Notes: generated by a model not told the origin, from the sequence alone. Shown: positions 28,301 to 42,552, numbered from the stretch's first letter. The stretch: DNA of 64,000 bases from Balanoglossus misakiensis (GCA_040954595.2 CM082593.2:4729434-4793433); one strand, 5' to 3'. Made by a program: numbers and translations.

Positions 28301-31300
28301 CGTGACTTGGGTACTGGTACTACATCTGGCTGACAATATTCAGACTACCATATTGAACACGCCACATACATGATGTACTTTTAGTTGTACTGTCCTGGTA
28401 AATCATATTCATGGCAATGGTAAGCAATATTACAAAGCAACATACTAGGCTAGCCCTGGGCTAACACACTGCCATGCAATATGGTGTACACGTGAAACCT
28501 GGATTTATTATAGCATTTTAAATCAAGTCTACCTAGTCTATTGAAAACTCTTTTACTGAATGTTCACATTCGTAGTTCAGAGAGAAGTGTCAACTATGTC
28601 AATAATGATTAATTTCAGTAATCAGGCTTTCAAACTTGCAAAACAAAAACAAACCCACAACATCCATTAACATGCCCTCAACTGGACTTTCAAACTAAAA
28701 AAACAAACCCACTACAGCGATTAACATGCCCTTTACACAGAGAACATCTTAAATTTGACCTTCAACTCCATCAATCTTCAAGCGGATGGGTCAGCAGTAC
28801 GCAAGGTAGAAAACATGTAAATACACATGACGTACATATCCTCAGAATTTCCATCTGGAAACCAAGGATTTTTCAAATTGACCTGGTATCTCTATTTTCC
28901 ACCTCTGTGAAAGTGTTTACGGTTTGTACACACAACACAGGCTGATATCGTAATCGCAATTAGCAATCACACCGTCACTACAGACCTTGGTGCCCAAATG
29001 TGATTTGTAATCTGCCATTATTTGGACTTTCATCACTGCGATGTACATTTACATTGTCACTGTGCGCTTGCATATCAAAAGTTCAAAACTACAGTGTGAA
29101 TTGCAAATTGAAATTGATCCAAAAGTAAACATGTATCTCCTGTTTATACAATATTTTATTTACATTGTTGAATATGATTTGTGCACTCTCTGTTTGTGAA
29201 ATGGTGTAAACTAGATGGATGGAGTGTGTACATTTCAGACTCTGTCCTCATCAATTATCTCTGATTTGTGACTTCGACAAACTGGGTCAAAGTTACCCAC
29301 TGCCATCAAAAGTCCACTATCAACAAGGTCCAAATCTTAATCCCCCAAGAGTGACCACGACACAGAAGGCACCAACACCTCCACATGACACAAAATGTCA
29401 CAAATTCAACAAGCCAACTCAACAGTTTCCATTGAGACAAGACTTGAAGTCACTGTGTCACTCAGAGGGCTGTATTTAGAATTGCATAATTGGTTGACTT
29501 GACCAATTGAAACTTCAAAAGACACCTATCTTTACTGTAAAGTGTAAGTGTGTGCCCTACAGCAATGCACATTGCATCGCACTTGTCTGTCAGCACGCAG
29601 TACTGTGTGCCGCTACATGTACAAACTTCAGCACCAGATTGAGATGCTTTCAGAAACAATAACAAGAATATTTCAAATTTCTATGAGAATATACCGCATT
29701 CCTTCAAAACTAATTATGAAATTTTATGTAACCAGTTAAAACAACATTGATGTAATTATATTGACAAAGCCAGATAGCATGGACAAATTACAAGGGGGAG
29801 CATGATGTAACAGTAATATTTAAATCAGCACACAAGTTGAAATCTCTCTCTCCTCTGCTTTTGGCCGTGGCTCCCGAAATGTGACCATGCCCTGACCTAA
29901 AATCGCAACCACTGTCAAGGTTGGAATGTGCAACAGTAACAACATCTTTGGCGTCTATGGACTCCGGTGTTTATTAGCACTCAATGGCTACTTGACTCTT
30001 TTAATGACAGTGAAATTCCATTTCTTCTACACTTTATCTTTGCCCAGTCCATAAAACGAACATCACTCGGTACTTGATTACCACTCGATACGCCAGTAAA
30101 ATTTACTGGGGAAACATCATACTGAATTTCAGTCCGCTGGTCTCACAGAAGTATTCCAATCCATGGTTTTCCTGAACATGAAAATGTGGTTTTGACCAAA
30201 CACTTAATCATATGATTTAATACAAAGCAAACTACACACAAAGAAAAAGCTGCAATGGGCTATTCTCGTTATTCTGTTCACTGAAACATGCTAAATGATC
30301 ACTTAAAATTACAAGTATCAGCCTGCAGCATCCTGTATGAGAATAAGTATGCACTATAATATCTGGCACTGTCCAAAAAATTAAATGGACATATTCTGAT
30401 ATATGTGAACAGATTATGAATTGAGCTATGACAACTGGTCAATGGGCACGTTTCAGTAAGTAGAACAACATAACTAACCTATCAAAAGGAAATAAAGTAA
30501 CCCAAATAATGTCAAAATTTCGTGACATTACCACTTTAATGCAAGATCTGACACTCAGGCCTACAGTTCAAGCACCCAACGATGAACTCAATGTCCTCAC
30601 AGCGTAATGAAGTAATCAAATTTATGTTTCATATTGTCCAAGGTCTGGCTCTCCTGCCGAGATGATTAAAACAACAGACTTGTAGTTGCTGAAGAAACTT
30701 GCATAAGAAGACCTGCAGAGCACTGTCATGAGTTACTCATTCTTCAGTAGATCACCAATGTCATGCATTTTAAAGCCTTCTACACATTTCAATAGCATTA
30801 AGCCTAGTGCCATTATCAGAAGTCCCGTACAAAATGAACAATTATGCTCTTGCCAGAATGGGGACACTTTACAAGTCTAACTTGTACCCTGTACCATTTA
30901 TCACCACTTGACAAGACACCTTTACAACACAGAGTTACAGAGAAAATCATTCTGCGAAAGCGACACAATAGCTCAGAGACTCAGACTCAATGGGTGTAGA
31001 AATTAACATGTACTCGTTAATTTCCAGCAGTTCCAAAACATGCTCTCAAATGGTCAAAAGTCCACACAGTGACACAGTTTTCTTTTTATGGTGATCTGGA
31101 AAGTTAGATGATGTAAAACTTTAAACTCACAATCACAGTGGCTATATTCTCCATTCAATATACAATCATTTCACCTTCAATCATAAAGACTCCATTCGCC
31201 ATATCAATAAAACATCAAACCACAAACCACAAACTAATCTAATAATATCTACTATTACAGCCATCAAAGTTTGACAACTATTTTTTTATCACATCAATCA

Positions 31301-33825
31301 CATACAACTTGGGTCACTTTCTGTCAACAGCTTCACAAATTATTGCATTTTCAGACCAAAATAAGAAATCCAGACGTCGATGAAAATTCACAAACCAGAG
31401 AGAAATATTTCCAGTGTCTGCAATGTAACGCTCAGATCAAAGAGTTGACGAGGTTGTGCTCGGCAAATATCTTGTTTCAAAAATACCAGCTTATATATTA
31501 CACCCACAGACTAATAGATTGTAAGCTACAGCTTTGTCACAGCTGACCAAATAAAGTATTGACAGAGTTGTTATGGATACAGAATCCCTGGTCTGGTTGG
31601 TGCCAGTTGCTATGGTAATCACCTCCCCAGCTATTTTATCAGCTAATACAATTTAAAGAAATGCAATTAGGTTATTATAAACGATTATTATAATGTATTC
31701 TCCCCTTAAAACAAAAGATGTCCGCATAATTCATCTCGTTGAAATTCTAGGACGCGTCAACCATCTCAGAATAAAGTCAGTAAATCGCTATTACAGCGGG
31801 TGATTGTGTTGTGGTCATTCCAAAGCTCCATCTGATATTAACCAGCGATAGTCCGAAGCATGATAACTACATGCTTGGAATACCACAGTCTACCATTCCG
31901 GCTCATGCAAAACATGCATGAAAGGCTGACCCTGAATTAAAACCTTAAACTCATGTCAGCAAATACCCAATGACCAAAGGAAAATTGGAGCTCATTACTG
32001 CCAATGTCACACAGAAATGTAGGGCTATTAAACAGCCAGCCTATCATTTGGAGTAAGGCCATAGTAAGTAAATTCTTTGTTACATGTCTGCAAATGTAGG
32101 TTTTTCGATAAATACACAAACACAAAGTTTTCTTGCAGAAATTTCCCACATCCTTGATATTGTGCCACAAAAATAAGCCATGGCATTTTTATTGCAGGAA
32201 TACAATTTTTTATACAGTCTTACTACAAATGAACCATTTGGCAATGTAAAATGGTGTCAAATAATTTATGGACTTTGCAAATAGCATGAGAAACTGTCAA
32301 AAGAAGGCAGAGTGTTTTGTGTAAAATTTTGTTTGTGTTGTGTTTCATAACCGCCTACCTGCCTACCTTTAGTGTTCGCAAAACAAATAATTTACTTAAT
32401 GTGGCCTAATCCAGTACACTGTTGACCTTTGACACTGCAGGTATCTCCTTGCTCTATTTCTATCATGATTAGGTCAAGCACTGACATCAACTTTAAAATC
32501 ATTACTTCCTATTTGATTATTAATAGATATTTTAATATCATGAGGCAGATCACTGGCTGCAGAAGTGAAAACTAACTTGACAGATGGGTGTTATGAAATT
32601 GGACAGGTTTCGTACGTTTCGAAATAGTACTCAAAAGTGTAATGAACATGTTCTCTTCAAAACGAAATGGACATTACATGTACCATTACCAACTTTATTG
32701 TCAACCACTGTATTCAGTTGTATTTCAGTGGTCTTTGAAGTTTTCTAACATAAATTACCTTTTGTTTCTGACCTCAATACAATTGTCACCACTATGTGAA
32801 TTTGTTTATCTATACCACCAATTTTTTACCAGCTCACGCTGATTAAACTGTCAAAGTTCATCCGGTATCACACAACAGTAGCCTGCCCACAACCCCGCCC
32901 CCTTCCTGACCAAGCCCGGCCGCGGTGATTTTGAAGGAAAAACTAAGTTATTTTTTCGATTTTTTTGAAGAACTGTAACTCAGCGCATTTATGCACGGCA
33001 CGGCGTATTTGTCCGCATTAAAGTTACCGCTGGGGTACCGCCCTCAGTCCATCTGTCACCGCTGTCCGAAATATACACACGATTGTGTCACACTACACGC
33101 AACAAATCGATATCGCAGAACATAATCTGATTACAGGCGGTTTTTTTGTCATCTTTTGTACTTTTCTATAATTTCTGACATCCGGTGCTATTATAAAGAA
33201 TGCTGCTTTTTTACGCACATGTCGGTCATTTTATGACCCATGAACGTATGTGTGAGGACACTCATAAAAAGTCAAACACTGACAGTCTGTAAATATCGCT
33301 GTGTAAACTGTTTCAGCCGATGAGTGGTTACAATATTTTCATTATAAAGTGACCGCGACATGGGTCAGATACATCAGTGCACCACGGTTTTTAGAAAATG
33401 ACAGTAATAAGCGCAGAGCGGAAGTTTCACACTGTCGTCTGCAGGTGTCATACACTGAAATAAGTGCGCAATGGCAGAAGTGTGAATTTCGCTGTGCGCT
33501 TACTAAGTGACAGACGGCATAATTAATTAGACCCGCTCAGTCAATATTTCTGGTCCCCGCAAAAGAAAACGAAAGATTATTACTGTCGTGGAGTATTGTG
33601 AAAATTCCGACCCTCCCAAAAGGTCAGGTGTTCCTTTCATAATACAAGCCACAGATCACAAAGTCGACCGCATTCAGTACACAATTTAAAACAGTGGAGG
33701 TGTGGCCGCAAACAGATTTTCAATAGAAGGGAACGGACGATACTTTAGCCGGGCCGGTCGGCCGGTGTGCGTCGACGTCCCTCACGTGAAAATGCCGCTT
33801 TTGGCCGATCGGTCATTTTTCTCAC

Positions 33826-33918
33826 CTTAGCGATACTCAAAGGTACTCCAAACTCTTTGCCACCAATAAGGCGGAATCCCCAGGGCGATCCACCCTGCAG
33901 AACGACCACGAAAGCCAT
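33826..33918 (-). CDS. PDZ-domain protein (Enigma/ALP/SYNPO2-like), coding exon 1
   Basis: ATG at 33918; translates MAFVVVLQGGSPWGFRLIGGKEFGVPLSIAK with the PWGFRL carboxylate-binding loop; donor AAG|GTGAG, phase 0. Too short for the ORF track. Confidence 0.93.
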
Positions 33919-34617
33919 CGCTGATTGCTACACAATCGAGGTGTGAATCGTTCTGTTGACATCAAACTCTCCGCCATTCAACAACAACCGCACAACGACG
34001 CTTCAAAGTCGTATATCCATCCGCTAAGACGAAAATTAAAACAGCGCGTTGACCAAATTGGCCTAGTATTCCCGAATTAACAAGAAAATCATCAATTATC
34101 TTCAATGCAAATGTTATATTCTTAATAAAATTGATTCAGGTATCTTTTAGGACCCATTATTCGATGATTAGTATTCATCCGCCGAATCGGTGAGATGTAA
34201 TGCGGCCTGCTTGCTCTAGCTCAGGACGGGTTCAGTTAGTAGGTTTTTACATAGCGAATGTGATTGACAGTTTGCAAATAACTTTCACTTGTTTTGTACA
34301 CGTATTCACTCACTTAAGGAGAAAAGAAGAATTTAAGGAAAGAAAACAAGTGCTAGTGAGTTGTTTTGTGGGTAATTCCATTGAAATTCAATCCGGCTAA
34401 GTAGGGCTTTAAGTCGGGTGGTGGAAAATATCAACGTGTCGCCGACGCCGGAAAGCGACTTGAAGACCCATACCCGCCACTCAATATTTGTCTGTTTTTC
34501 ACATAAAACCCACCATGCACATTATCAATTACACTAGTTCTATCAGAGGTGGTGTTCCCCTTCATGGCAAATGCTTCGGTTATATTATTATCACGTAAAT
34601 AAAACAGCAGAAGCTTG

Positions 34618-34618
<1 letters not shown>

Positions 34619-34715
<97 letters not shown>
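34619..34715. repeat. (GAT)n followed by (CT)n microsatellite
   Basis: Seen directly; about 700 bp upstream of the PDZ gene ATG. Confidence 0.97.
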
Positions 34716-36481
34716 CATTGTGTGTTGTTTGGCCGAGAAATGATCGGGTGCAAACGTTTGTTATTTCTGTGAGAGCCACGGGGAGAACCAAATCCAAGAC
34801 CACCCCTATCGCACAGGTATAGACCTAGGTACTTAGACAAACAGCATCACTAGTCGTGAATTAATATTTTTCCAAGATTTTACAACTCGCTCCCTCACGT
34901 GACATAAGACAAGTTGTCAAGCCAAAACAATGCACGCGTTTTTCTAATGTTGGTAAATACTAAATACTAAAATCAACAACAAGACAAACCAGCGTAATTG
35001 TTCCTTTCGGCTATTTTTATAGCCATTTTACTCGAAATTGTGCTACTATTCGCTGGTATGCGCATAGCAGACGGAGGTAGATTGTGAAGGATGTTTCTCA
35101 GCTGTGAAAGTTTTGTACCTCCGGGCTCTGAGTGCATTTTCAAATGGTGTTCCTTTTTTTCTGCCGAGTCATTGACGGCCTATTTGGTAGTGAGAAAAGT
35201 GGCTTTCCTGGGCAAATGATCTAACAACAAGAGGAGAAAAAACATCACACAACGCAAAAATTAGTGATGACCAATGACAGAAAACGAATACTAAAATCCT
35301 ATCATATCAATTATGCCGACAGCTGTTTGCAAGTGCTTATATACGTAAGTGATGTTTTGTGATGAAATTGGAAACTTGACGCTGACGGGTAGCACAGCCA
35401 TAAAGATGCTACTGAGGTATAGGCCTAAATAGAGGCGCTATATCATCCTATATTGCATGGGCATGTATAGGATATTGGTTTCTAGGACACAACGCATGCC
35501 CACTGTCACTGTGACTCGGACCCAGCATATAATTATGAGCGAGAGATATGACATGCAGGTGCTGCATGTACGTACTGCTGTCAGTGGGTCCGGCCGTGCA
35601 CCTGCAGAAGGTCTACACGCTGTTTCTCAAATAGCATCACACGCTACATGCTCCAGACCAAAACGACACAAGGGTGGTTCGTTTTATCGTGGGAAAGAAT
35701 ATTAATCTTTATTAATTGTCAATAATATATTTACATTATGAACTTGAAGGTAGCCAGCCAAAAACAATACACAAAGCCATTTCATCCAAAAATGCATCAT
35801 ATAATTCATAAGGATAAAATGGTCAAAACAACAGATAAAATATTGAGAGAGAGAAAAACATATATTATGGTCACATTTAAAAGATTTCGATGAATTTAAA
35901 ATTGTTTTAATATAATAAACGGAATAAAATTCCGTTTGTTCTTTTCAGTGTAAGAAAACCGCGACATGATGATCGCTTCGGAAAACACCTGACGTGTGAT
36001 GACGTCGGGCAAAACCCATACTTTTGACGTTGCAATGAAGGCACTCCGTGTTTCGTCATGGGGAATGCGAAGTTAACGTTTCCCGGACCATATTTCGTCT
36101 GATCCACACGTTTATAGTTATGCCTACATGTTACATGCAGTCCCTACCCGAATTAACACCTAAAACGAAGACTATGTGCTCCGGCTATTTTTCGAAAACA
36201 ATGAATCAAATTCTCAGTTAATTACACGAAGTACTGTTCAAAATGTAGTTGTATTATACGTTGTTAGCTGTCTCTTTGTCTATCTCTCTTTTCTTCCATC
36301 TTTCATTCTCATTTGATAGCATCAAGTTCTCAATTATAGACTAAGTTTAGTCTCTCTACGTTGCTTCTTTGAGCCGTCGGGAACGTTTAAAAGATCAAAA
36401 GATTGCTGGTGAAAGATCTGCCGTCGAAACCAAGAAGTCTTCTTAAATTCATACAGGCCTTGCATATGATCAAAGTTCCAT

Positions 36482-37377
36482 TTATATTGCAGTGAACCTT
36501 TTACCATTTGAAGATGCGCCATTTGAGTTCGTCGAAAGGGGGCCGCTGGCGTTAGGCCAATCGTGGTTGGAGTTCTTCGGAAACTCATCATAGCGATTCA
36601 GAGTTCCCCGTTGGTGGCGCCACACACCAAGCAAAATGTGGAAAACTGCCATGCAGAAGCACATCACTAAAACCACCAGAGCGAAAATCGAATTTCGGGA
36701 GGCAAAGTTTCCAGTTACAGAACTTCTCGCCACCATTCCAGCCATGGCTGTGATGTTAACGATATAGTGCGAAGCGGTGTAGCGGACGTATTTGTCGAGA
36801 ACCGAGTTTTCAGCGATGAACCAGCTTATCGTATCCAAGGTGAACACGCACAGTGAAATGGTAGATGCTACATCTTGACGCACGCTGCCACTGTAAGACA
36901 TGACTTGTGCCATATTGATCAACATGTTCATAAAGGCCCACTGAGTCCAAATCGTCGTTCCGTTGAGTACCAGAATTCGAATCGCCAAGACGTCACCAGC
37001 CTGGGAGTGTCTCATCCTGGGGAAGTTGGCGTGAAGAGACCGGTGGACCAGCAGCACAGCGACGCAGAAAAGCGTCGTCTGGGCAACGCTGAAGACAAAA
37101 GCGACAGGCAGAACGGCGTAGCACCACGCGAAAACCCAGGCGATGTTGGTCACCATGGCAACCAAGAAAATCGAGTAAAACGCTGGAGTGAGAACATCCG
37201 ATATGGCAATATAGATACAGAGCCCAAAACCCCTCCGGTATAAGTTTGAAATTGAATACAGAACAAAAATGGCATTCCATAAGAGCACCAAAATGAAGAT
37301 GGCATCAGTCCATATAGGAAGCGATATATCGAGTACATATGCATTGGAGATTTCCCTTGTAGTGTTCTTAAACATTC
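36482..37377 (-). CDS. Multipass membrane protein of unknown function, coding exon 2
   Basis: ttttattccag acceptor, G|GA ATG TTT; 297-aa ORF with about 7 hydrophobic segments. N-terminal FKNTTREISNAYVLDISLPIWT resembles the 'TGxISxxYxxxITPAGWTFSIW' motif of an uncharacterised animal/fungal/bacterial membrane family (recalled, not searched). Confidence 0.85.
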
Positions 37378-37766
37378 CTGGAATAAAACGGAATTGGTCC
37401 TATTATAAAACGTCGGGAAAATAGCACCACTTCTGGTAGTTCTGAAACACTTAGTACATTCACTTCTTGGCCTTAATATACGGCTTTTTAGTGCTTTTAC
37501 CGCGGTATGATTTGGGGGTGTTATGGAAAATCGTGCTGAAATCCAAATCGGTTGCCTAGAAACACGTGGAAGAATCATCAATACGTTCTCTATGATTTAT
37601 AATTTCGCTGACCGGGAAAGTTGTTGGAATCGAATAGCGCGTCAACGATCATATCATCCGTACTTCGTAATTTCGATCGCTGTACTTTCTGTTTGCCATG
37701 TACCTTATAATAATGGACATTACTACACGTCTTTTTATTCAGTTTATAGAAGGTCTTGTTTCTTAC

Positions 37767-37890
37767 CAATGTGAACACCTGGTCCCCACGCCATTATGTT
37801 GAAAAATATGACCAAGAGCAACACGCATCCAGCCAATGCGATTAGATAAGCCAACCAAGGTCGATGCTTCATATTGTGAACAAGCGTCAT
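37767..37890 (-). CDS. Multipass membrane protein, coding exon 1
   Basis: MTLVHNMKHRPWLAYLIALAGCVLLLVIFFNIMAWGPGVHI, one hydrophobic helix; donor G|GTAAGA, phase 1, matches the next exon. Start may be the second ATG at 37872. Confidence 0.8.
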
Positions 37891-38842
37891 CTTGCAAATT
37901 CATTTACCTGTGTTTTAAGGAGAAAAATATGTATACTAGTGTTTGTGTGAAGACCTGTGAACCGTACGATTACCAAGTGAGCACTCTCCGTTAATTACAT
38001 CGAAGAGCATGCAACTATGGTTTTGAACACAAGAATGGCTAATTGTGCAAGTCCTTGTATCATTGTATATAATCTAGTATATCCAGCCGTATTTTGTCCG
38101 CTTTGCTTCCAAAATTAACTAGTAGACCAGTTCATATATGAATACTATTGGTTTTCATTTTTGACGGCGGTATATTCGTTAAATTATATTTTTTAACATT
38201 CATTATCACGTCTGGCGGCATCCAGGTGGGGCTGTGTACACGTTCTATTGTCTACCAGGTCTGGCTTGATTAGCGTGTTTTGTCTTGCAAATGCTGGAGT
38301 TAAGTCGTTGCGCAACATGTCAATAAAATGTCTCTTGTTTAGTTGAAAACAACATAATAGATACTTGATGTGTTCCCGCTCTGGTTTGAACAGTCACTCC
38401 ACAAACAAGCGTTTCTGTTCGCATCACCATGGAGGTATCAAAAGACTCGCTCGTATCATCTTTTACATGTAATATTGAACATACGTTTGGAATTGAAAAC
38501 CTTTCGATTAAAACATAAAACTGACCACAGCAACTCTGTGGTCCGTTCCCTGTAAAATCGCATGCGAATTTCATATTCTATATTTTTTTTATACAAAAAA
38601 ACAATGATCATAACAAAGTAAATTCAAGCATAAACGTGTGCACATTCCAATACAAGTTTATTGTCGAAATTGCCAGGCTGCACTAATGAATAAATATAAA
38701 CGTCTTTCGTGGTGATATGTAGGATGAAAATTTGGCGGAATATCCCGTTGTCTTTCAGACATGTTTTTATTCAAATATCAACGATGAAAAATTAGGCACT
38801 GTGCATTTGCAGTTGTCTGGAAACAGGAGAAAATATCTACTC

Positions 38843-38996
38843 ACTTTTCCTGTGGAAAACGGCCAAGTGGCGGGTAACACGCGACGTCCAGCATATGTTG
38901 TATTTCTATTACAAGGCACACGTTGATGTCGCACGTGACAATACTCTCGCATGACCATCCGTGTCAACAAAACAATGCGTTAGTACTATTATATAA
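38843..38996 (-). promoter_or_regulatory. Candidate TATA promoter and non-coding first exon of the membrane-protein gene
   Basis: TATATAA on minus strand at about 38989-38995; donor AAA|GTGAGT at 38842; acceptor-like acacag at 37908 just upstream of the ATG. Confidence 0.4.
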
Positions 38997-41299
38997 CCAC
39001 GCTTAATTTAATTTGTCTGAGGTTAGAGGTCATCAGTGTGTGTAATCGCAAGGTCGATGACACCCATCCCTGATATTGAATGGACATCATGGCAATGATG
39101 CAACTTTAGCTAAAGATCTTCAAAGCTTCGTTAGTAAAATGAAAGACTCCATAAACTATGACCAACATTTGTCCAGTATCTAGCCGTGTTTTGTCCGCTT
39201 TGCTTTCAAAACTTTTGGGATTTTTAAATTGAATTTATGAAAAATATTTTCTATATGAAAAATACCCATTTTATACTCAATCTTTTCCTGAAAAATTACC
39301 ATGAGATATAGTTACCGTATTCAATAATTTCTCCACATAAATATCATCCAAAATAAAACATACACAGATTTTTTATTGTTTTATTTCTGGATAAAAAAAC
39401 ATACATTTATACATTTACCAAAAGCGTCGCTGATTTCTTGGTAAAGTTACATATTCTTCAACCTTTAAAAGGATTGGTCCTCAATGACATTAATGACAAA
39501 TAGGAGCCCTCAACTAATATTCCCCATTTAAAAATAAACAGTCTTGGGTATCTACGTACAACAAATCTGGAAATTTTCAGCATTCATAAAGTCCTGGGCA
39601 CAATGTGAAAGCTTAGTTATGCACAATATTTGAAATTTATTGACTTATAGATTGAAATGACCCGACTATAGAGTGTTCATAGTCAAACGGAAAAGTCGCA
39701 CCTGGGAAGTTCAGATGACCATCCCCAAACATCATTTATGTATCTCAATTCGTCCTAAAATTTCAGTGTTTAAAACATCTGTAATTCAAAAGAATCGATT
39801 AAGCAGATATTCATAGCTAGAAAAACAAGTACCGGTAGAATGTAAGATTCAGTCCTGTGAGGGCGCTTCAGCACAAAGCCTACGACCAGAGCGCCCGCAC
39901 ACGAGGAAAGTATTGTCTGTATACAGTTTTGTACACACAGGGGCAGCTTTGTATGTAAACAAAAAACAAAACAAAATTCAGTGACAGACTGTGTCTTAAA
40001 CCCCTTCATTCTTGTTTCTTTGACAAGTCCAACTTTACTACTGAAACCAACAGAGAGGGCTACAAGGTTAATGCTGTGCATGCGACCAACATGCACATGA
40101 GTGCACATACATGAAATATAAAGTGATCACTCAGCACTTGATTACATGTACATACTCCGAATGAACCTCTCACAGAAGACCTCTTGTCAAGTAGTTTTAC
40201 AAAACATTGTCAGAAAATATGTATTTCTTGTGATTTGCTCTTTTTAATACATAGCTTCTAAGATCATTTGTCATAAAACCAACCCAATGTGGGTCTATGC
40301 AAAATACAGTTCACAGAGGCAAGCTTTGGACATCCGTATTGTGAAATCTACAAAAAATTTAATTGTACGTACACAAAAGCAAAAATGACCATAATATGCA
40401 TAGCTTTGGCTCAATTTTTTTTCTGTGGCAGTTTTATATAACTGTTTTAAAACCAAGAGCTGCCTACTGACAGATTTGAAACAAAAATTATGCAAAATGC
40501 TCAGATTTATACGTGATATCACGATCACATGTAGTCAAAGAGACCTTGTAATTACTACAATATCTATCAATGACCTTTGACCTTCGTATTTGTAAATGTT
40601 TGGAAAATATCTTGGATAGATGGATGTACATGTAAAACTTGTGAAAGTATAGCTGATCAATGATTCACAAAATGTACATTATATCTGAGCCCAGCTAATT
40701 ACAAACACGGCTAAACAAGCAGAGATTTCTCAAGATAGAGTTCGATATTTCTAGCTAAAAATGGCAATAAAACAAAACAAAAATTGTGCTCTTCTGCATA
40801 CATCAATGATAGTTCTCTGAATTATCCAAAATTGAATTAAAAACTCTTAAAATAATTTGTACCCTACAATGCATAAAAAACATTGATCCTGTTTAGTAAA
40901 TTCTTTAAAGCAATTGAAATTGGATGGCCAGTCTCTATTCTAAATATCGCCATAATTACATGTACATTCAATTGTCATCCAGTCTTGTGCAACCATTTAA
41001 TTATGAATACAGTTAAATTCAGAAACGTTCATTAAAATGCTTAAACTGAACATGCCATTATAAATCAAGCAGAGACTAAAAGGTTTTCTGTGTAGTAAAT
41101 GAAATAAAACTGAGATACGAAGAGACGACACTGCGCAGTGGCTATCATCTCTCCGGTATACCCATGTTCTGCGAGTTTGAACTACCAGTTTGTTTACAGC
41201 CAGACAGGCCACACTGTAAACTACAACCTTGCAAATCATCAAAGAAATGCATCATTCAAGAGCATTATTAGACCAAAGGGTCCAAGACTGCATTGAAAT

Positions 41300-41505
41300 C
41301 TATAGGTGTCCATGGAAATTCTGTTAACTTCCATAGAAGTTCCATAGGCTATAGATGTCTATAGAATTCTCTAGGTGTCCATGGAAATTCTATTAATTTC
41401 CATTGAAGTTCCATAGGCTATAGATGTCTATAGAATTCTATAGATGTTCATGGAAATTCTATAAAATTCCATAGAAGTTCCATAGGCTATAGACGTCTAT
41501 GGAAT
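41300..41505. repeat. 69-bp minisatellite, about 3 copies
   Basis: Units start at 41305, 41374 and 41443 (g[g/a]tgt[c/t]catggaaattct...gttccataggctataga[t/c]gtctat). Confidence 0.92.
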
Positions 41506-41863
41506 GTTTTAAGGGGCGCTGGACACACGCAAGAATTAACTGAGCCTCGAAGACTTGACGAAAAAATAACTGTAAAAATCCTGAGAGAAAAAGAAAATTG
41601 GGTGAAAACAAGATAACAGGGGAGATGCTATTATTACAGCACACGTTATGATGCGCCGCATAATGGTGGTGATGCCAAAACACTCAGCAAAATCGAACCA
41701 ATTGGCGACAGTTTCACGACACAAAATGACTCCAAGGAAAGAGGGCCACTCATTCCTTCAAAAGACTGTCGGGGCAGAGTCTTGAAATCCCAATATCCAT
41801 CATCATGATGCCCAGAACAGCCGAGTCATTCTTTGGCTTCAGAGGACTATCCAGCTCTTAAAT

Positions 41864-42085
41864 TTACGGGGGGAGTTGTGTTGTCTTGTACCTTGCCTGA
41901 GCCCTGGGCCTGGGTTGTGGTTTCGGTTTAACGGCCCTGGGCCTTGGTTGTACATTGGCCGGTTTAGTGGCTTCCACATCATCATAGGTCTCTCCAGGTT
42001 GTTGTGGTTCCACCGGTGGTGCCACCTCGACTGGTGGTACCTCTGGTTGTGCTGCTGGTTGTGTCAGTTTTGCCTTGAGTTCGGC
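41864..42085 (-). CDS. PIK3AP1: BCAP-like last coding exon
   Basis: tttgatacag acceptor; AELKAKLTQP...ETYDDV...KPKPQPRPR...QLPP then TAA. Confidence 0.75.
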   Translation of the reverse strand, partial: AELKAKLTQPAAQPEVPPVEVAPPVEPQQPGETYDDVEATKPANVQPRPRAVKPKPQPRPRAQARYKTTQLPP

Positions 42086-42186
42086 CTGTATCAAACCAAC
42101 AAACAAATTAGGACCAACCCCATGTGGTTGCCTGCAATTGAAAAAAAAATTAATTTATCATTAGTGAAAAATATTATTTTGGTTAC

Positions 42187-42227
42187 AGTTTCTCTTGCTG
42201 GATTATTTACTCTTTTCTGATCACTAT
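42187..42227 (-). CDS. PIK3AP1: BCAP-like candidate 41-nt bridging exon
   Basis: tttttcataag acceptor, ACT|GTAACC donor; (D)SDQKRVNNPARET; would join a phase 1 donor to the phase 0 last exon. Confidence 0.4.
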
Positions 42228-42552
42228 CTTATGAAAAATGTTCTATGGAGTTCTATAGCATTCTATAGAGTGCTGGTGTTGTAAGACACAGTGCACTGTC
42301 TTCAAATTCATTGAATGTTGTACAACAATCTAAATTAGTAGCGTGCTTTTTTGTAAAGTAAAATAAATTCTCAGTGACTTGGCTAAAATTCATTACAGCT
42401 AAATATATATTATGACTTGAGGTACAGCAATTAAAACCTTCACCATTAGGATCTGTGTCAAAAATATGAAATGGCTGACCTTTTTGGGGGTTGTCTCTGT
42501 GTTTCCTCACTGTGTGTTGTTGTGGGTGCGTGCTGTAGTGAATACTCATCAC

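Noticed and set aside
28628-28732. Degenerate ~55-bp tandem duplication
   Set aside because: Two copies only; ordinary intronic slippage.
34431-34840. ORFs with poly-His/Asp/Ile/Ser and ER repeats
   Set aside because: Artefacts of the (GAT)n(CT)n microsatellite.
41300-41505. CRISPR-like array
   Set aside because: Units are contiguous tandem copies with no unique spacers; no cas genes; eukaryotic context.
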